From assembly GCA_045803545.1 (NCBI GenBank), contig JBJMOW010000004.1, positions 288,001 through 352,000 of the forward strand: a DNA stretch of 64,000 bases. The letters run 5' to 3'. This document shows positions 22,840 to 34,184 of this stretch, one piece after another (the stretch's first letter is position 1; each line of letters opens with the position of its first letter). The notes under the pieces are model-generated. The model was given only the letters and a program-made list of their open reading frames with translations. It did not search any database and was not told where the DNA came from. Origin of the DNA: Gemmatimonadaceae bacterium. GTDB taxonomy: Bacteria > Gemmatimonadota > Gemmatimonadetes > Gemmatimonadales > Gemmatimonadaceae. The translations under genes were made by a program, and so were the position numbers.

Positions 22840-22914
22840 CTCTCCTCTCGCAGCTAGCTCTCATCTCGCAGTTAGCTCGCAACTCGGACCGAATCAGTTA
22901 GCTCGCATCCCGCA
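22835..22914. repeat. Degenerate 18-bp tandem repeat, 4 copies
   Basis: GCTAGCTCTCCTCTCGCA / GCTAGCTCTCATCTCGCA / GTTAGCTCGCAACTCGGA / 8-nt gap / GTTAGCTCGCATCCCGCA. Confidence 0.8.
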
Positions 22915-22917
22915 GCC

Positions 22918-23199
22918 CTACAATTGGATGTCGCCCCCCGGATCTCCTTTCGCTTTTCGCGAAACTTGTTTCGCCGATCGATCCATCGCCTTCTTCCTCG
23001 CCTCTGGATCGACGCGAATCGAGAGATTCGATTTCCCCTCCTCGCGCTCATGCGTCACCGCGAGCACGTCTCCCTCTCGCACGCCAACCGGTAGCATCCA
23101 CTCCGGAATAGGCGTGATACTGCGTCCGTCGACTTCGATTGACGCGGATCCGTCTTCGATCACATCAACAATCCATGTGTGACTTGAAGGCTTTGCCAT
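22918..23199 (-). CDS. DUF3006-like small protein
   Basis: IVDVIEDGSASIE...IPEWMLPVGVREGDVL...DPEA; GGAG RBS. Confidence 0.75.
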   Translation of the reverse strand: MAKPSSHTWIVDVIEDGSASIEVDGRSITPIPEWMLPVGVREGDVLAVTHEREEGKSNLSIRVDPEARKKAMDRSAKQVSRKAKGDPGGDIQL

Positions 23200-23252
23200 T
23201 GCTGTCCACTCCTTCGCTCACTCGTGTACAAACCTGAATTCAGAGTAACACG

Positions 23253-23268
23253 TGGCATGTCGTATGCG
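23253..23268 (+). promoter_or_regulatory. Putative sigma54 promoter (TGGCAT-gtcgt-ATGCG)
   Basis: GG-N10-GC, 54 nt upstream of ATG 23322. Confidence 0.6.
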
Positions 23269-23321
23269 CCTACGCGTGTCTCTGCGTCGCCAATTGGCGC
23301 GTTCACAGCAAGAGAAAATCC

Positions 23322-24878
23322 ATGCAAAGCGACTCTGGTAATACTACGTCGGTCTGGATGGCTACGACCGACTTGCCGCAGTTCCAGCCACTTACGCAGG
23401 ATCTCCGAACAAATGTCTGTGTCATCGGAGCTGGAATCGCCGGACTCACAACTGCGTATTTGCTCGCGCGTGCCGGCCGCGCCGTCGTCGTCATCGACGA
23501 CGGACCCATCGGAGGCGGAGAAACCGGACGCACCACTGCGCACCTCACCGCTGCACTTGACGACCGGTACTACAACATTGCCAAGCTTCACGGCGAAGAC
23601 GGAGCTCGCCTTGCGGCGGAGAGTCACATGTCGGCGATTCATCGCGTCGAGAGCATCGCATCGATGGAAGACATTGACTGCGACTTCGAGCGCGTGGAAG
23701 GATATCTCTTCCTCGGCGGCAAAGACACGCGCAAGGAGCTCGAGAAAGAGTTAAAAGCAACACACCACGCGGGACTGACCGATACACAGATCGTCGATCG
23801 CATTCCGTTCGGCTTCTGGGACAGCGGACCAGCACTTCGTTTTCCACGCCAGGCAACATTTCACCCGCTCAAATACCTGAAGGGACTCGTTCGAGCGCTC
23901 CTTCGCGATGGCGGTCGTATTTACACCGGAGTCCACGCCGAGAAAATCGAGGATGGCGAGCCAGCGCGCGTTACGACCACAGGAGGCCAGGTAGTTAGCG
24001 CCGACAACGTCGTCGTGTGCACGAACACCCCGGTCAACGACTGGTTGATCATCCACAGCAAGCAGGCTGCGTATCGCACCTATGTCATCGGCTGTCGGGT
24101 TCCCAAAGGCTCCGTGCCGCATGGCCTCTATTGGGACACTCCTGATCCCTACCATTACGTGCGACTTCAGCCTGCGGAAGACAGATCAGGTCGGGAGCTC
24201 GATTACGAGATTCTGATCGTCGGCGGTGAAGACCACAAGACGGGACAGGCGGACGATGCCGACGATCGGTTCACTCGAATCGAACAATGGACTCGCGAGC
24301 GCTTTCCAATGATAGAGCGCGTCGAGTATCGATGGTCAGGCCAGATCATGGAGCCCGTCGACTACATGGCTTACATCGGCAGAAATCCAGGCGGCGATCA
24401 GCATATCTGGATTGCGACCGGCGATTCTGGAAACGGTATGACCCACGGAACCATCGCCGGCATTGTACTGAACGAGCTCGTACAAGGCCGCAAGCACCAG
24501 TGGGCTCACCTCTATGACCCATCTCGTGTGAAGCTGCGCTCGGCGCCGGAGTACGTGAAGGAAAACGCTAACGTCGCCGAACAGTACAAGGACTACTTCA
24601 CCGCTGGGGAAGTTGCGGGCATCGATGCGCTAAAGCCTGGCGAAGGCGCAGTCGTAGGTCGCGGCAGGGGAAAGATCGCAGTGTATCGAGATGACCGCGG
24701 CACTGTCCACAAACATTCGGCAGTCTGTCCGCATCTCTATTGCATCGTGCGCTGGAACCATACCGAGAAAAGCTGGGATTGCCCATGTCACGGATCGCGC
24801 TTCGATCCTTACGGCAACGTCGTCAACGGTCCCGCTATAGTCGGGCTTTCTCCGGTCGATCAGGAACGGAAGAAGTAG
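23322..24878 (+). CDS. FAD-dependent oxidoreductase with C-terminal Rieske [2Fe-2S] domain (YhfW-like)
   Basis: GAGIAG FAD motif, GETGRTTAH, Rieske CPHLYC and CPCHGS. Confidence 0.92.
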   Translation: MQSDSGNTTSVWMATTDLPQFQPLTQDLRTNVCVIGAGIAGLTTAYLLARAGRAVVVIDDGPIGGGETGRTTAHLTAALDDRYYNIAKLHGEDGARLAAESHMSAIHRVESIASMEDIDCDFERVEGYLFLGGKDTRKELEKELKATHHAGLTDTQIVDRIPFGFWDSGPALRFPRQATFHPLKYLKGLVRALLRDGGRIYTGVHAEKIEDGEPARVTTTGGQVVSADNVVVCTNTPVNDWLIIHSKQAAYRTYVIGCRVPKGSVPHGLYWDTPDPYHYVRLQPAEDRSGRELDYEILIVGGEDHKTGQADDADDRFTRIEQWTRERFPMIERVEYRWSGQIMEPVDYMAYIGRNPGGDQHIWIATGDSGNGMTHGTIAGIVLNELVQGRKHQWAHLYDPSRVKLRSAPEYVKENANVAEQYKDYFTAGEVAGIDALKPGEGAVVGRGRGKIAVYRDDRGTVHKHSAVCPHLYCIVRWNHTEKSWDCPCHGSRFDPYGNVVNGPAIVGLSPVDQERKK

Positions 24879-27800
24879 AAGGCCGCAACAAGGCGGTGAC
24901 GAGGTGGTCCTTGCCGTCATCCACCAGATCGATTGCGCCATCTGCTGAACGACCGTCGACAGTCAGTTCGACTGCGCCACGCTGCAGCTTGTCAGGATTC
25001 TCGATCAGGATCTTGTAGCGCGCTGAGCGGAACCGGTATTCGATCGTGAATTGGTCCCATCCACTCGGTATGCAGGGATCGATGTAAAGCTTCTCGCCAC
25101 GCTGATTGAAGCCGAGTATCGCTTCGAGCGCGATCCGGTACATCCAGCTCGCGGAACCTGTGTACCACGTCCACCCGCCGCGACCCAGATGCCCCTTCGC
25201 AGTGTAGACATCCGCCGCGACGACATAAGGCTCGACTTTATAAGTATCGACGCCTTCGGGGCTGTCGGAGTGGGTGATCGGATTCAGCATTTGGAACAGC
25301 TCGAATGCACGATCACCGTCGCCCTGCACTGCCGTCGCGAGGACGGACCATAAGGCAGCGTGAGTGTATTGCGCTCCGTTCTCGCGCACGCCCGGCAGAT
25401 ATCCCTGGATGTAACCCGGATCGTGCGTCGTTTTGTCGAAGGGCGGCGTCAACAGCATGATCAACCGCGCGTCTTCGCGCACCAGATATTTGTTGAGTGA
25501 CTGCATCCCCTGACGCGCACGGTCTGGGCGGCCCGCTCCCGAGATCACGCTCCAGCTCTGCGCGATCGCGTCGATCTTGCACTCGTCGCTGGTGCGCGAT
25601 CCGAGTGGAGAGCCGTCGTCGAAGTATGCACGCCGGTACCACTCACCGTCCCATGCGGAGCGCTCGATCGCCTCGGCGTATTCCTCTGCCTTGGCCAGCA
25701 TCTCGTCACGCACCGCGCTGTCGCCGCGGCGCTCCGCGTGCGTGGCGAACTTGCGCAGTGTCGTGATCAAAAACCAGGCGAGCCAGACGCTCTCGCCCTT
25801 CCCTTCGATACCCACACGGTTCATTCCGTCGTTCCAATCGCCGCTGCCGATCAATGGCAGCCCGTGCTGTCCTTTCGTGGTTGCTTTGCGCAGAGCCCGC
25901 AAGCAGTGATCGTAGATGTTGCCCGTCTCGGTGGAGACCTTCGGCAAATCGTAGACTTCGTGCTCGTCAGGATTGAGCTCGCGCATCGAGAGATACGGAA
26001 CTTCGACGTCGAAGATGCCGGTATCGCACGCGATGTTCACGTAGTGGTCGATCACGTACGGCAGCCACACCAGGTCGTCGGAGAAACGAGTCCGAACGCC
26101 ACGGCCGCTCTGCGGATGCCACCAGTGCTGTACATCCCCTTCGACGAACTGGCGCGAAGAAGCGCGAACAATGTGGTCGCGCGCGATTTCCGGATCCGCG
26201 TACACGAACGCCATCACGTCCTGCAGCTGATCGCGGAAGCCGAACGCGCCACTCGATTGATACAGTGCGGAACGCGCCCACATGCGGCACGACAGCGCCT
26301 GATACAACGACCAGCGGTTCAGCATCAGATCGAACGTCGGCTCCGGAGTCTTTACCTTCACCGCCTCGAGGCGATGTTCCCAGCTGTCGACATTCGCCTG
26401 AACTGCGGTCTTGGCATCGGCGGGCGCTCGATATTTTGCGATCAGCTCTCTGACGGCGTCCTCGCCTTCAGCCGCGCCGAGCAGCATTACGATCTCTTTC
26501 GTTTCACCCGGTTCGATCGTCACACTCACCTGAAGCGCGCAGCACGGGTCAATCGTCGCGCCAACAGAGCCTGACAAGCCCGCTCGCTCCAGAGCCGCCG
26601 GGCTCGAGGTCGTTCCGTTGCGGCCAAGGAATTCCCGCCGATCCGCCGTGTAGTACGCTACGCGCTCACTTATGGATGCGAACGACACCATCGACGCGAA
26701 TTGAGCATCGAAGTAGTTCCGCGCGAACATCGATTGCGTCTGCTCGTCGAAGCTGGTGCGGATCTGATACTGCGTCAGCTCGCGCGTCGTACCGAGCACC
26801 CATTCCACGTACCACGTTATGGTGAGTCTCTTTCGCGTCACACCGTCGTTGCGCAGCGTCAGCACGGAGATCTTCACTGGATCCTGCTCCGCTATACCGA
26901 GCCGGAATGAGGTCGCCAGCGACTTATGCGCGTGCTCAAACACGGTGTAGCCGGCGCCATGACGAACCTTGTATGGAGTCGGTTCTCTGATCGGACAGGG
27001 CGTTGCCGTCCACAAATCACCGTTGGCATCATCACGCAGGAACACGCAATCACTCGACGGATCGCGAACAGGATCGTTGTGCCAGGGCGAGATTCGATAG
27101 AAGAAGCTGTTGCCCGCCCATGTCGTTCCGCTGCCGCCTTCGCTGACGATAAATCCACCCGCAGGATTTCCGACGACGTTCACCCACGGCGCTGGCGGAT
27201 AATCGCTTCCCGTGAGGTGAATCTCGTACTCGCCTCGCTCATTGAACCCGCCCAGGCCATTGAAGCACTGTAGCCCTGTCCCCGGGTCGGCAGAGTCCGC
27301 GTGAATCGGCACCGTCCCCAATGGGACGATGTCGCGATTCATGATCTCGAGCTTCGGTGGATACCTGTCCTCCACACCCGGGAACTCGAGGAAGTTGCCG
27401 AGCCCGAGCCCGTCGCAGTTCACCTGCACGCGCGCCATTGCCGTCAGCAGCGTGATGTCTTCCGGTGTTAGCAAATCCGCTCGCCGGATGAACACTCCAC
27501 CCGGACGATCGAGTAGTCCGGCTTCACTCGACGCCATGACCGTTGCCAGCAGCTCGTCACTCAGCTCCTGCATGTAGGTCATCGGATGCATGTTGAGAAT
27601 CACCAGGTCGCAGGTGATTCCCTTTAATCGCCAATAGTGATGCGTTCGCAACAGCTGCCGCACGCTCGGCATGCCGACAGGACTCTCGATCATTGCGAGC
27701 AGAATTGGCCAGTCGCCGGAAATTCCGAGAGACCATAGCGCCTGCTGTCCGAGCTTGTTTTGCTCGACCGCACTTTGTGCCGGTCTGAATCCCGGGTGCG

Positions 27801-30800
27801 GGAAAATCAAGTGACCGGCGAGGTCCTGATACAGCGCCGCATCGGCGGGCGCGATTCCCAGATCACGGAGCTCGGCCTGTGCCTGCGCCCACGACAGATC
27901 GAGCGCCCGTCGCGCGCTATACGGGTCGTGGTAGAGATCGGCGAGCTCCAGCGCCCGCTCCTTGTTCGCCGCGACGAAGGTCGTGAAAGCTACATTCGCC
28001 GAAGCGCCAGGTGGAATCCGTACGCGCACACGCAATGAGAAGATCGGGTCGAGCACCGCTCCGACGGTCCCAGACAATCCTGCGCCCTCATCGAGCGCCT
28101 GCGCGTTTCTTACCGATCGCCCGCGACCCACGAATTTTGCGCGATCTGTTTCGCATGTCACGGTGCTTACTGCTTCGGGTCCAGTCGCCACGACGTGAGC
28201 ACACCACAGCGCTGCTTCCGTCGCCGATCGCGGCCGGCGAGTCGCCAGCAGTGCAGCTTTCCCTTCCAGAAATTCCGTTTGCACGAAGAGATTCGCGAAC
28301 GCGGGATGCATCCGATCCGCTTCCGGCGGCGTCAGTACAACCTCGGCGTAGCTCGTGAGTTCGATATCGCGTGGTTGCAGCGAGCGGTTGGTCAGAATGA
28401 TTCGCCGCACTTCAGCCGCATCGTCCGATGCTACCGCGATCTCCGTCACCGTATCGATGTCGCCGTCGCGCCTGATGAACGTGATTCGATCGCTGGCAAA
28501 CAGCACCCGATACCATTGCGGCTCAGTGCCCGACGGCTGATGTGCCGTCGACCAAACGTGTCCGGTGGTCAGATCTTTTACATAGCACCATTGCCCGTAG
28601 TTGTCGCGCGTGCTGTCATGGCGCCAACGCGTGACCGCGAGATTCCCATACCGACTGAACCCACCGCCGGCGTTTGTTATCAGCGTGGTATATGGGACAT
28701 TTCCAAGGATGCCGACAACCGGTTGCGGTGTATGCGGCGTTTCGATCTCGCGCACCGCTGGCTTCTCCATCTCGCTCGGCACGCGTGCAACATCGTCGCC
28801 CTGTACGTCCTGCACCGTCAGTCGCCGCGGGATGCGTTCCTGCAGCACCAGCTCCGCCGAGCGCACCAGCGGGTCCGTATGGAAGCGTCGCGGCCACACT
28901 TGTTGGTTCAGCGCATTGTCGAGTGCGACAATGCTCATGCCGATGTGATGCGCCATGAACGTGCAAACCACAGTCTTTCGGGAGCCCGGAGAAGGACGGG
29001 TGTAGTCGAGCGCGTCGCGGAAGCCGTAGGGTCCCAGTGCGCCCTCCTGCTCCAGCGTTGCCAGGTTCTTGAGCGACACATGCGGCTCGACCAGCATTGC
29101 CAGCAGGGTCGCGTATGGCGCAACGACAAGCTCCTTGCTCAACCCGCGTTTCAGGGCGAGGTCGGGGACGCCGAATCCGCGGTACTGGTACGTGTACGAT
29201 CTGTCGCGCACCGCGTACGCTGATTCGGACACGCCCCACGGCACTCCACGCTCTGCGCCATATGTGATCTGGCGCTTTACACATCCCTTGTGAGTCTGGT
29301 CGAGCAGGGTGAACGGAAAAGTCTGCATCACCAGCGCCGGCATCAGGTACTCGAACATGCTGCCGCTCCACGACAGCAGCGTTCGCGTTCCCGCAGCGGT
29401 TGTAAGCGAGCGACCGAGCCTGAACCAGTGATCGACTGAGACGTCGTCCTTCGCGACCGCGATGAACGATGCCAGGCGCGATTCCGAGGCGAGCAGATCG
29501 TAGTAGGAATTGTCGACAGTGTTGCTGCCGATGTGGTAGCCGATGGTGAACAGCTTGCGCTTCTCGTCAAAGAGGAAGCGAAAATCCATTTCTACTGCGT
29601 ACGCGTGCGAGCGCTCCGCGATCGCGTGCAGGCGCTTGGCGGCCGGTTCGTCAATCTCCTTGCTCTTCATCATCTCATAGCACGCCTGCTTGAGCGCGAT
29701 GAGATGGCCGGCGAAGTTACCGCTGTCGACCGTCGATACATACGCGGGCTCCAACACGCGCAGCTCGTTGAGGTCGTACCAGTTGAAGAAATGACCGTGG
29801 AACCGACGCATGCGCTCCAGTGAACGGAATACCCGCTCGAGCCGATCGATCATCTCCGCGCGCGTGATGAACCCGAGATCGGCGGCGCTAACCGTCGACA
29901 GCAGCTGCAGTCCAACGTTCGTCGGCGAAGTGCGACGCGCTACGACTGGCTCTGGATCTTCCTGGAAGTTGTCGGGCGCCAGCCAATGCGTGTCTTCAGT
30001 GACGAACTTCTCGAAGAACGCCCAGTGCAGCTTTGCATACCTGATTGCTGCCTGTCGCTCGCTTTCACTCAGGCGAATTTCGCCGAGAATCGCGGGTGCG
30101 CTGAGTGCGAACGCAATGCTCGGACTCGCCAGCCACACGAGAATTAGCGGCAGACTCGCGAGCACAAACAGGAATCGCTGGGCGGACGATGCAGCCGACC
30201 CGATCGTAAGGTGCCAGATTATCATCACCCCGATCACGATGGAAAGCGCAGCAACAGGCCACATCTTCCGCCACGTCTCCAGCTGCGATCCGACACCAAG
30301 CGCCCGCTCGACCTGGGACGCTGTCTGCCACTCGAGAAGATTTCGATGGCTGATGAAGAGACGATATAGAGTGCGCGCTATCGCGTCCGCCGATACGGCC
30401 GCTTGATGCGGCAGGAAAACGAGGGCGAGAATGAACTGCTGCGCGTTGGTGATCGCGTCGCGACCGACAGCTATATAGTATGCGAGCCACGATTGATCGC
30501 GCGGCGGCCGCATCAACGAGATCGTCAGCGAGAACAACCAAGGGAACGCGATCGTGACGAGCACCGTCACCGTCCACGGCAGAATCGATCCCGGCAGCAG
30601 GAACCAGCCGGTGATCAGTAGCGCCAGCTGGAAAATCTCGACGAGACTGCGGCGCAGATTGTCGAAGATCTTCCACCGCGAGATCGCCGACAACCGATTC
30701 TTCATCGGACCGTCGGGGCCAGGCACCGTTCCCTTCAGCCAGCCAAGCAGTTGCCAATCGCCGCGAATCCAGCGGTGTTTACGCCTTGTATAGGTGAGAT

Positions 30801-33129
30801 AGCGAGCCGGATAGTCGTCGTAGACTTCGATGTCGGTTGCGAGCCCGGCGCGTGTCCAGTTCCCCTCGATCAGATCGTGACTGAGTAACGTGTTTTCCGG
30901 GAACCGGCCGTGCGTCGCCTCTTCGAACGCATCGACATCATAGATGCCTTTGCCGGTAAAGCTTCCTTCGCCGTAGAGATCCTGATACACGTCTGACACG
31001 GCCGTCGTGTACGGATCGACTCCAGGGTGGCCGGAGTGAATCGCCGCGAAATAGGATCGATACGCGCTCGTCAGCGAAACACCAACTCTTGGCTGGATTA
31101 TTCCATAGCCTTCCGTTACCCGGCCCAGTGAATCCTCGTAGTACGCGCGATTCAAGGGATGTGCGATCGTGCCGACGAGCAAATACGCTGCATCGCGCGG
31201 CAGCACCGTGTCGGAATCCAACGTGATTACGTAGCGGACGAATTTCAGACGGCTCGTATCGCCGATAATCGTGCTAAAAGCGTCGGTAGCGCCGCCCCGC
31301 ATGTGCTGGTTGAACTGCGCGAGCTTGCCGCGCTTTCGCTCCCACCCCATCCAGACATTCTGCTTCGGATTCCAAAGCCGCGGCCGATGGAAGAGGAAGA
31401 ACACATCCTCATCGCCAGTCCTGTATTTGGCGTTCAACGTTTTGATGCCGGTACTCGCCGCCGCCAAAATCTCCTCGTCGCCATCTCGATGCTCACTCGG
31501 CGAATCCGTGAAGTCGCTGAGTATCGCGAACTGCAGATTCGGATCGCGATTGGCGAGATACTGGACTTCGAGATGCTCGAGTGCCTCTTCGGCGGCGTGG
31601 ACGCTCCCCAGCAGTGTCGGCACCACAACCGCCGTCATGTAGTCCTCAGGAATGCCATCGTCGCGGAGCTCGAGCTTCGGTAGCACACGCGGTGGCATCA
31701 ACAGCGTTATCAGCTGATTGATGACACTGATGCCGATTTCACTCGCGGGGATCAGGGCGAGCAATGCCAGCACTACCTGTACTTCTACGAGCCCCTGCTC
31801 GGCCATCTCGAGCAACATCGCCATCGCCGCCATCGTGAACAGCGTGATGCCGCCGAAATACAGTGTGTTCGGATGTCGTTGCGTCCACCGATAGATCCAC
31901 TCTCCGGGCGGCGGCGTATAACCGACGCGCTGCTCCAGAACACGACGACCCTTGTCGACGAGGAAAAACCCGACATGCGCGTGACGCGTATCACTTGGGT
32001 CGGCGAGCTGAGCGAGCGAAACTACTTCCGCAGCGATCTCTTCTTCGGGCTTTTTCGTCCGCTTCGCGATGTGCTCGACGATGTGCCGATAGTGGTCTCG
32101 CGTTCCGAACGTCATGGACGCGTAATGGCCACTCGGGTCCCGCCGCAGCAGGTTTTCCGTTGCGCTCTGCGATTCGACGAAATCCTTCCAGTCGAGCCGC
32201 GAGATCGTGCGCAAGCTGGTGATGCTGTTGGCGACAGTTACCTGGGTCAGCGCAACCCGGCGATTTGACCTCGTCGCCGCTTCTTCAGCGCTCGGTCCAT
32301 CCTCGGCGATCCACTGCTCGAGCCAGATGAGCGGAGTGAAATTCGTCTGATAGGAACGGACTTGCTGTAAAAAGCGCGCAACCCAGGTCGGTGTGAACTG
32401 AGGATGATCGTCGACGAATGCTGCTAGCGCTTTTGCCAGCGCTTGCTGCGATTGCTCACTTGCTTCTCGAAGCGTCGTCGCGGCTGCGTCCGCTGATTCG
32501 ACCTCTTTGAGCCTTGCCGCAACTCGCAGCGCCATCCGGCGGATGTTCTCGACCAACCCGAGCCGCAGCATCGTCGGAATCGCCCACAGCTCGCCCATCC
32601 GCAGCGGCATGACTGTCTGATACTCGCGCACGAACAGCGTGATGTTGTCGAGGTCGAGGTGACCTTCGGTGTGCGCGATAAGCTCGATCGCTACTTCGTA
32701 GGCGCGGGGGTACCCGGCAAGCGATCCCGTCGCGAGCTTGGGCAGCTCCTCATAGTAGCCTTTCGGGAGGCTCGTCCTGATCTCGCGAATGTGCTCCTGG
32801 ACGATGTAGAAATTGTCCAGCAGCCAGTCGCCGGCTGGACTGATGTCGAGGCCGCGTTCAGCGCCGTTATTCAGTTCGTGATAGACGCGATCGAGTACCT
32901 GTTTGGTATCCTCGAGACGAAGAAGCAGCGGACCTGAGCCTCGCTGCTTGCGTGCTGGCAGCAGATGGTGTCCGCGCGCGACTGCTCGTGCGCGCTCACC
33001 TAATCGCTCGAGACCGAGTACTTCGCCGCGAATGGGGCCGACTAATTCCTCACCGGCACCGTTTTTCGAACGGCGAAAAATTCGACTCAGGAATGTTGGT
33101 GGAGCGTTGGGCGGGATTGCTGTTGCCAC
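24835..33129 (-). CDS. cgs: Cyclic beta-1,2-glucan synthase (Cgs/NdvB/ChvB; GT84 + GH94)
   Basis: 2764 aa; [29 protein letters not shown] block, [42 protein letters not shown]. Confidence 0.93.
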   Translation of the reverse strand: MATAIPPNAPPTFLSRIFRRSKNGAGEELVGPIRGEVLGLERLGERARAVARGHHLLPARKQRGSGPLLLRLEDTKQVLDRVYHELNNGAERGLDISPAGDWLLDNFYIVQEHIREIRTSLPKGYYEELPKLATGSLAGYPRAYEVAIELIAHTEGHLDLDNITLFVREYQTVMPLRMGELWAIPTMLRLGLVENIRRMALRVAARLKEVESADAAATTLREASEQSQQALAKALAAFVDDHPQFTPTWVARFLQQVRSYQTNFTPLIWLEQWIAEDGPSAEEAATRSNRRVALTQVTVANSITSLRTISRLDWKDFVESQSATENLLRRDPSGHYASMTFGTRDHYRHIVEHIAKRTKKPEEEIAAEVVSLAQLADPSDTRHAHVGFFLVDKGRRVLEQRVGYTPPPGEWIYRWTQRHPNTLYFGGITLFTMAAMAMLLEMAEQGLVEVQVVLALLALIPASEIGISVINQLITLLMPPRVLPKLELRDDGIPEDYMTAVVVPTLLGSVHAAEEALEHLEVQYLANRDPNLQFAILSDFTDSPSEHRDGDEEILAAASTGIKTLNAKYRTGDEDVFFLFHRPRLWNPKQNVWMGWERKRGKLAQFNQHMRGGATDAFSTIIGDTSRLKFVRYVITLDSDTVLPRDAAYLLVGTIAHPLNRAYYEDSLGRVTEGYGIIQPRVGVSLTSAYRSYFAAIHSGHPGVDPYTTAVSDVYQDLYGEGSFTGKGIYDVDAFEEATHGRFPENTLLSHDLIEGNWTRAGLATDIEVYDDYPARYLTYTRRKHRWIRGDWQLLGWLKGTVPGPDGPMKNRLSAISRWKIFDNLRRSLVEIFQLALLITGWFLLPGSILPWTVTVLVTIAFPWLFSLTISLMRPPRDQSWLAYYIAVGRDAITNAQQFILALVFLPHQAAVSADAIARTLYRLFISHRNLLEWQTASQVERALGVGSQLETWRKMWPVAALSIVIGVMIIWHLTIGSAASSAQRFLFVLASLPLILVWLASPSIAFALSAPAILGEIRLSESERQAAIRYAKLHWAFFEKFVTEDTHWLAPDNFQEDPEPVVARRTSPTNVGLQLLSTVSAADLGFITRAEMIDRLERVFRSLERMRRFHGHFFNWYDLNELRVLEPAYVSTVDSGNFAGHLIALKQACYEMMKSKEIDEPAAKRLHAIAERSHAYAVEMDFRFLFDEKRKLFTIGYHIGSNTVDNSYYDLLASESRLASFIAVAKDDVSVDHWFRLGRSLTTAAGTRTLLSWSGSMFEYLMPALVMQTFPFTLLDQTHKGCVKRQITYGAERGVPWGVSESAYAVRDRSYTYQYRGFGVPDLALKRGLSKELVVAPYATLLAMLVEPHVSLKNLATLEQEGALGPYGFRDALDYTRPSPGSRKTVVCTFMAHHIGMSIVALDNALNQQVWPRRFHTDPLVRSAELVLQERIPRRLTVQDVQGDDVARVPSEMEKPAVREIETPHTPQPVVGILGNVPYTTLITNAGGGFSRYGNLAVTRWRHDSTRDNYGQWCYVKDLTTGHVWSTAHQPSGTEPQWYRVLFASDRITFIRRDGDIDTVTEIAVASDDAAEVRRIILTNRSLQPRDIELTSYAEVVLTPPEADRMHPAFANLFVQTEFLEGKAALLATRRPRSATEAALWCAHVVATGPEAVSTVTCETDRAKFVGRGRSVRNAQALDEGAGLSGTVGAVLDPIFSLRVRVRIPPGASANVAFTTFVAANKERALELADLYHDPYSARRALDLSWAQAQAELRDLGIAPADAALYQDLAGHLIFPHPGFRPAQSAVEQNKLGQQALWSLGISGDWPILLAMIESPVGMPSVRQLLRTHHYWRLKGITCDLVILNMHPMTYMQELSDELLATVMASSEAGLLDRPGGVFIRRADLLTPEDITLLTAMARVQVNCDGLGLGNFLEFPGVEDRYPPKLEIMNRDIVPLGTVPIHADSADPGTGLQCFNGLGGFNERGEYEIHLTGSDYPPAPWVNVVGNPAGGFIVSEGGSGTTWAGNSFFYRISPWHNDPVRDPSSDCVFLRDDANGDLWTATPCPIREPTPYKVRHGAGYTVFEHAHKSLATSFRLGIAEQDPVKISVLTLRNDGVTRKRLTITWYVEWVLGTTRELTQYQIRTSFDEQTQSMFARNYFDAQFASMVSFASISERVAYYTADRREFLGRNGTTSSPAALERAGLSGSVGATIDPCCALQVSVTIEPGETKEIVMLLGAAEGEDAVRELIAKYRAPADAKTAVQANVDSWEHRLEAVKVKTPEPTFDLMLNRWSLYQALSCRMWARSALYQSSGAFGFRDQLQDVMAFVYADPEIARDHIVRASSRQFVEGDVQHWWHPQSGRGVRTRFSDDLVWLPYVIDHYVNIACDTGIFDVEVPYLSMRELNPDEHEVYDLPKVSTETGNIYDHCLRALRKATTKGQHGLPLIGSGDWNDGMNRVGIEGKGESVWLAWFLITTLRKFATHAERRGDSAVRDEMLAKAEEYAEAIERSAWDGEWYRRAYFDDGSPLGSRTSDECKIDAIAQSWSVISGAGRPDRARQGMQSLNKYLVREDARLIMLLTPPFDKTTHDPGYIQGYLPGVRENGAQYTHAALWSVLATAVQGDGDRAFELFQMLNPITHSDSPEGVDTYKVEPYVVAADVYTAKGHLGRGGWTWYTGSASWMYRIALEAILGFNQRGEKLYIDPCIPSGWDQFTIEYRFRSARYKILIENPDKLQRGAVELTVDGRSADGAIDLVDDGKDHLVTALLRPSTSSVPDRPEKARL

Positions 33130-33141
33130 GTCACGTACTCA

Positions 33142-33157
33142 CGCCAAAGATGTGCCG
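33142..33157 (-). promoter_or_regulatory. Putative sigma54 promoter (CGGCAC-atctt-TGGCG) for cgs
   Basis: GG-N10-GC; predicted +1 falls within about 2 nt of the GTG start; no RBS seen. Confidence 0.5.
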
Positions 33158-33185
33158 CGCACACCCGCAAAATATCCTGGTTCTT

Positions 33186-33464
33186 CTACTCGGCGTAATA
33201 CGCCTTGATGCAAGCCGTCACCAGCTCCTGGCGAATCCGCTCGTATTGATCTGCGGTATGCGGCCGCATCGATTCCGCGAGCGAGTTCCACAGCCGCTTG
33301 AAAGTAACGAGCAGCTCCTCGGGGCGAATGTTTTTCTCTCGTGCTTCACGCGCGACTCGGGTGAGCAGAGAATGGAGTTCAGGCGCGACTTGGTCGGGCT
33401 TTCGTAGTTGTTCCGTAAGCGCCGACTGCAACTCCTTCATCAGACTTTCCGAAAGTGAGCTCAA
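33186..33464 (-). CDS. Hypothetical small helical protein
   Basis: 92 aa (alternative ATG 33440); EAREKNIRPEELLVTFKRLW...RQELVTACIKAYYAE. Confidence 0.7.
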   Translation of the reverse strand: MSSLSESLMKELQSALTEQLRKPDQVAPELHSLLTRVAREAREKNIRPEELLVTFKRLWNSLAESMRPHTADQYERIRQELVTACIKAYYAE

Positions 33465-33628
33465 ACGGTCTTACGGGGAAAAGAGTGCCGTCACCGGTTA
33501 CCAGTGATTCCCCTGGCCGGTGGACATTTGTTCCCGAAAGAATATCAGGCGTCACCACAGCGCGCTAGCGGCCTTTCAGGTCCATAAGTTGCCGGCTCGA
33601 CACGCTCCGAATCCTTGCGGCTGGGCTT

Positions 33629-33964
33629 TTGAGTAATGTGTTGATTCTCGCGCGCGAAGAAGTGGTCGCGGCGTTGCTGGGTTTGATGGTCGAGCTTCGT
33701 GGAATGGAACCGCGTTTCCTGGCGGAAGGGGAATCCGTCGTCGACGCGCTCGATCGTGACCGGATCCCCGTTCTGATCGATTGCGATCACGCTGACTGTA
33801 CAGCGGAAACGATCGAGCTGGTCAGGAAACGCGGTGGCGAGCCCATTTTGTTCAGTCCTTTCCGGATGCAGACCGAAGTAACCAGGCTCGCTTCCCGCTA
33901 TCGCACCAGGTCTTTTACTCTGCCAACCGACCCCGATACTTTCGGCCAGCTCCTTAAGTCCTAG
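33629..33964 (+). CDS. Degenerate single-domain receiver (CheY-like) protein
   Basis: VLIL(AREE)...VLID...ILFS...LP strand/helix pattern; the conserved Lys is replaced (TLP). Confidence 0.55.
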   Translation: MSNVLILAREEVVAALLGLMVELRGMEPRFLAEGESVVDALDRDRIPVLIDCDHADCTAETIELVRKRGGEPILFSPFRMQTEVTRLASRYRTRSFTLPTDPDTFGQLLKS

Positions 33965-34119
33965 TCGCTGGCCTTTTTTCCCGGCTTGGCCGTTGGAGAG
34001 GCTTGTTTCTCGCTTTTCTTCAAATGCTGCTTGTCGAGCTCGTGGATGTGCTCGTCATCAACGCGATTCTTTTGATCGGTAGTGATCGCGTCCTTTTGAT
34101 GCTGCCAGTTCGTTTTCAT
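33961..34119 (-). CDS. Small hydrophilic protein (52 aa), not in ORF track
   Basis: AGGAGG RBS; MKTNWQHQKDAITTDQKNRVDDEHIHELDKQHLKKSEKQASPTAKPGKKASD*. Confidence 0.7.
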   Translation of the reverse strand: MKTNWQHQKDAITTDQKNRVDDEHIHELDKQHLKKSEKQASPTAKPGKKASD

Positions 34120-34145
34120 TCCGCCTCCTGTTTGAGAACAAGAGG

Positions 34146-34161
34146 TACAGGTTCCATGCCG
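34146..34161 (-). promoter_or_regulatory. Possible sigma54 promoter variant (CGGCAT-ggaac-CTGTA)
   Basis: GG-N10-GT, 27 nt upstream of the 52-aa ORF. Confidence 0.4.
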
Positions 34162-34184
34162 CGCGGAAGGTAGGAATCGGGGAA

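Noticed and set aside
22835..22914. Possible mini CRISPR array
   Set aside because: Units are 18 bp, degenerate and contiguous, with no unique spacers and no cas genes.
24835..24878. 44-nt convergent overlap of cgs and the oxidoreductase as antisense regulation
   Set aside because: Short 3' overlaps occur elsewhere in this compact window and need no special explanation.
25738..30757. Several 200-340 aa ORFs inside cgs
   Set aside because: Alternative-frame or antisense shadows of an intact 2764-aa gene.
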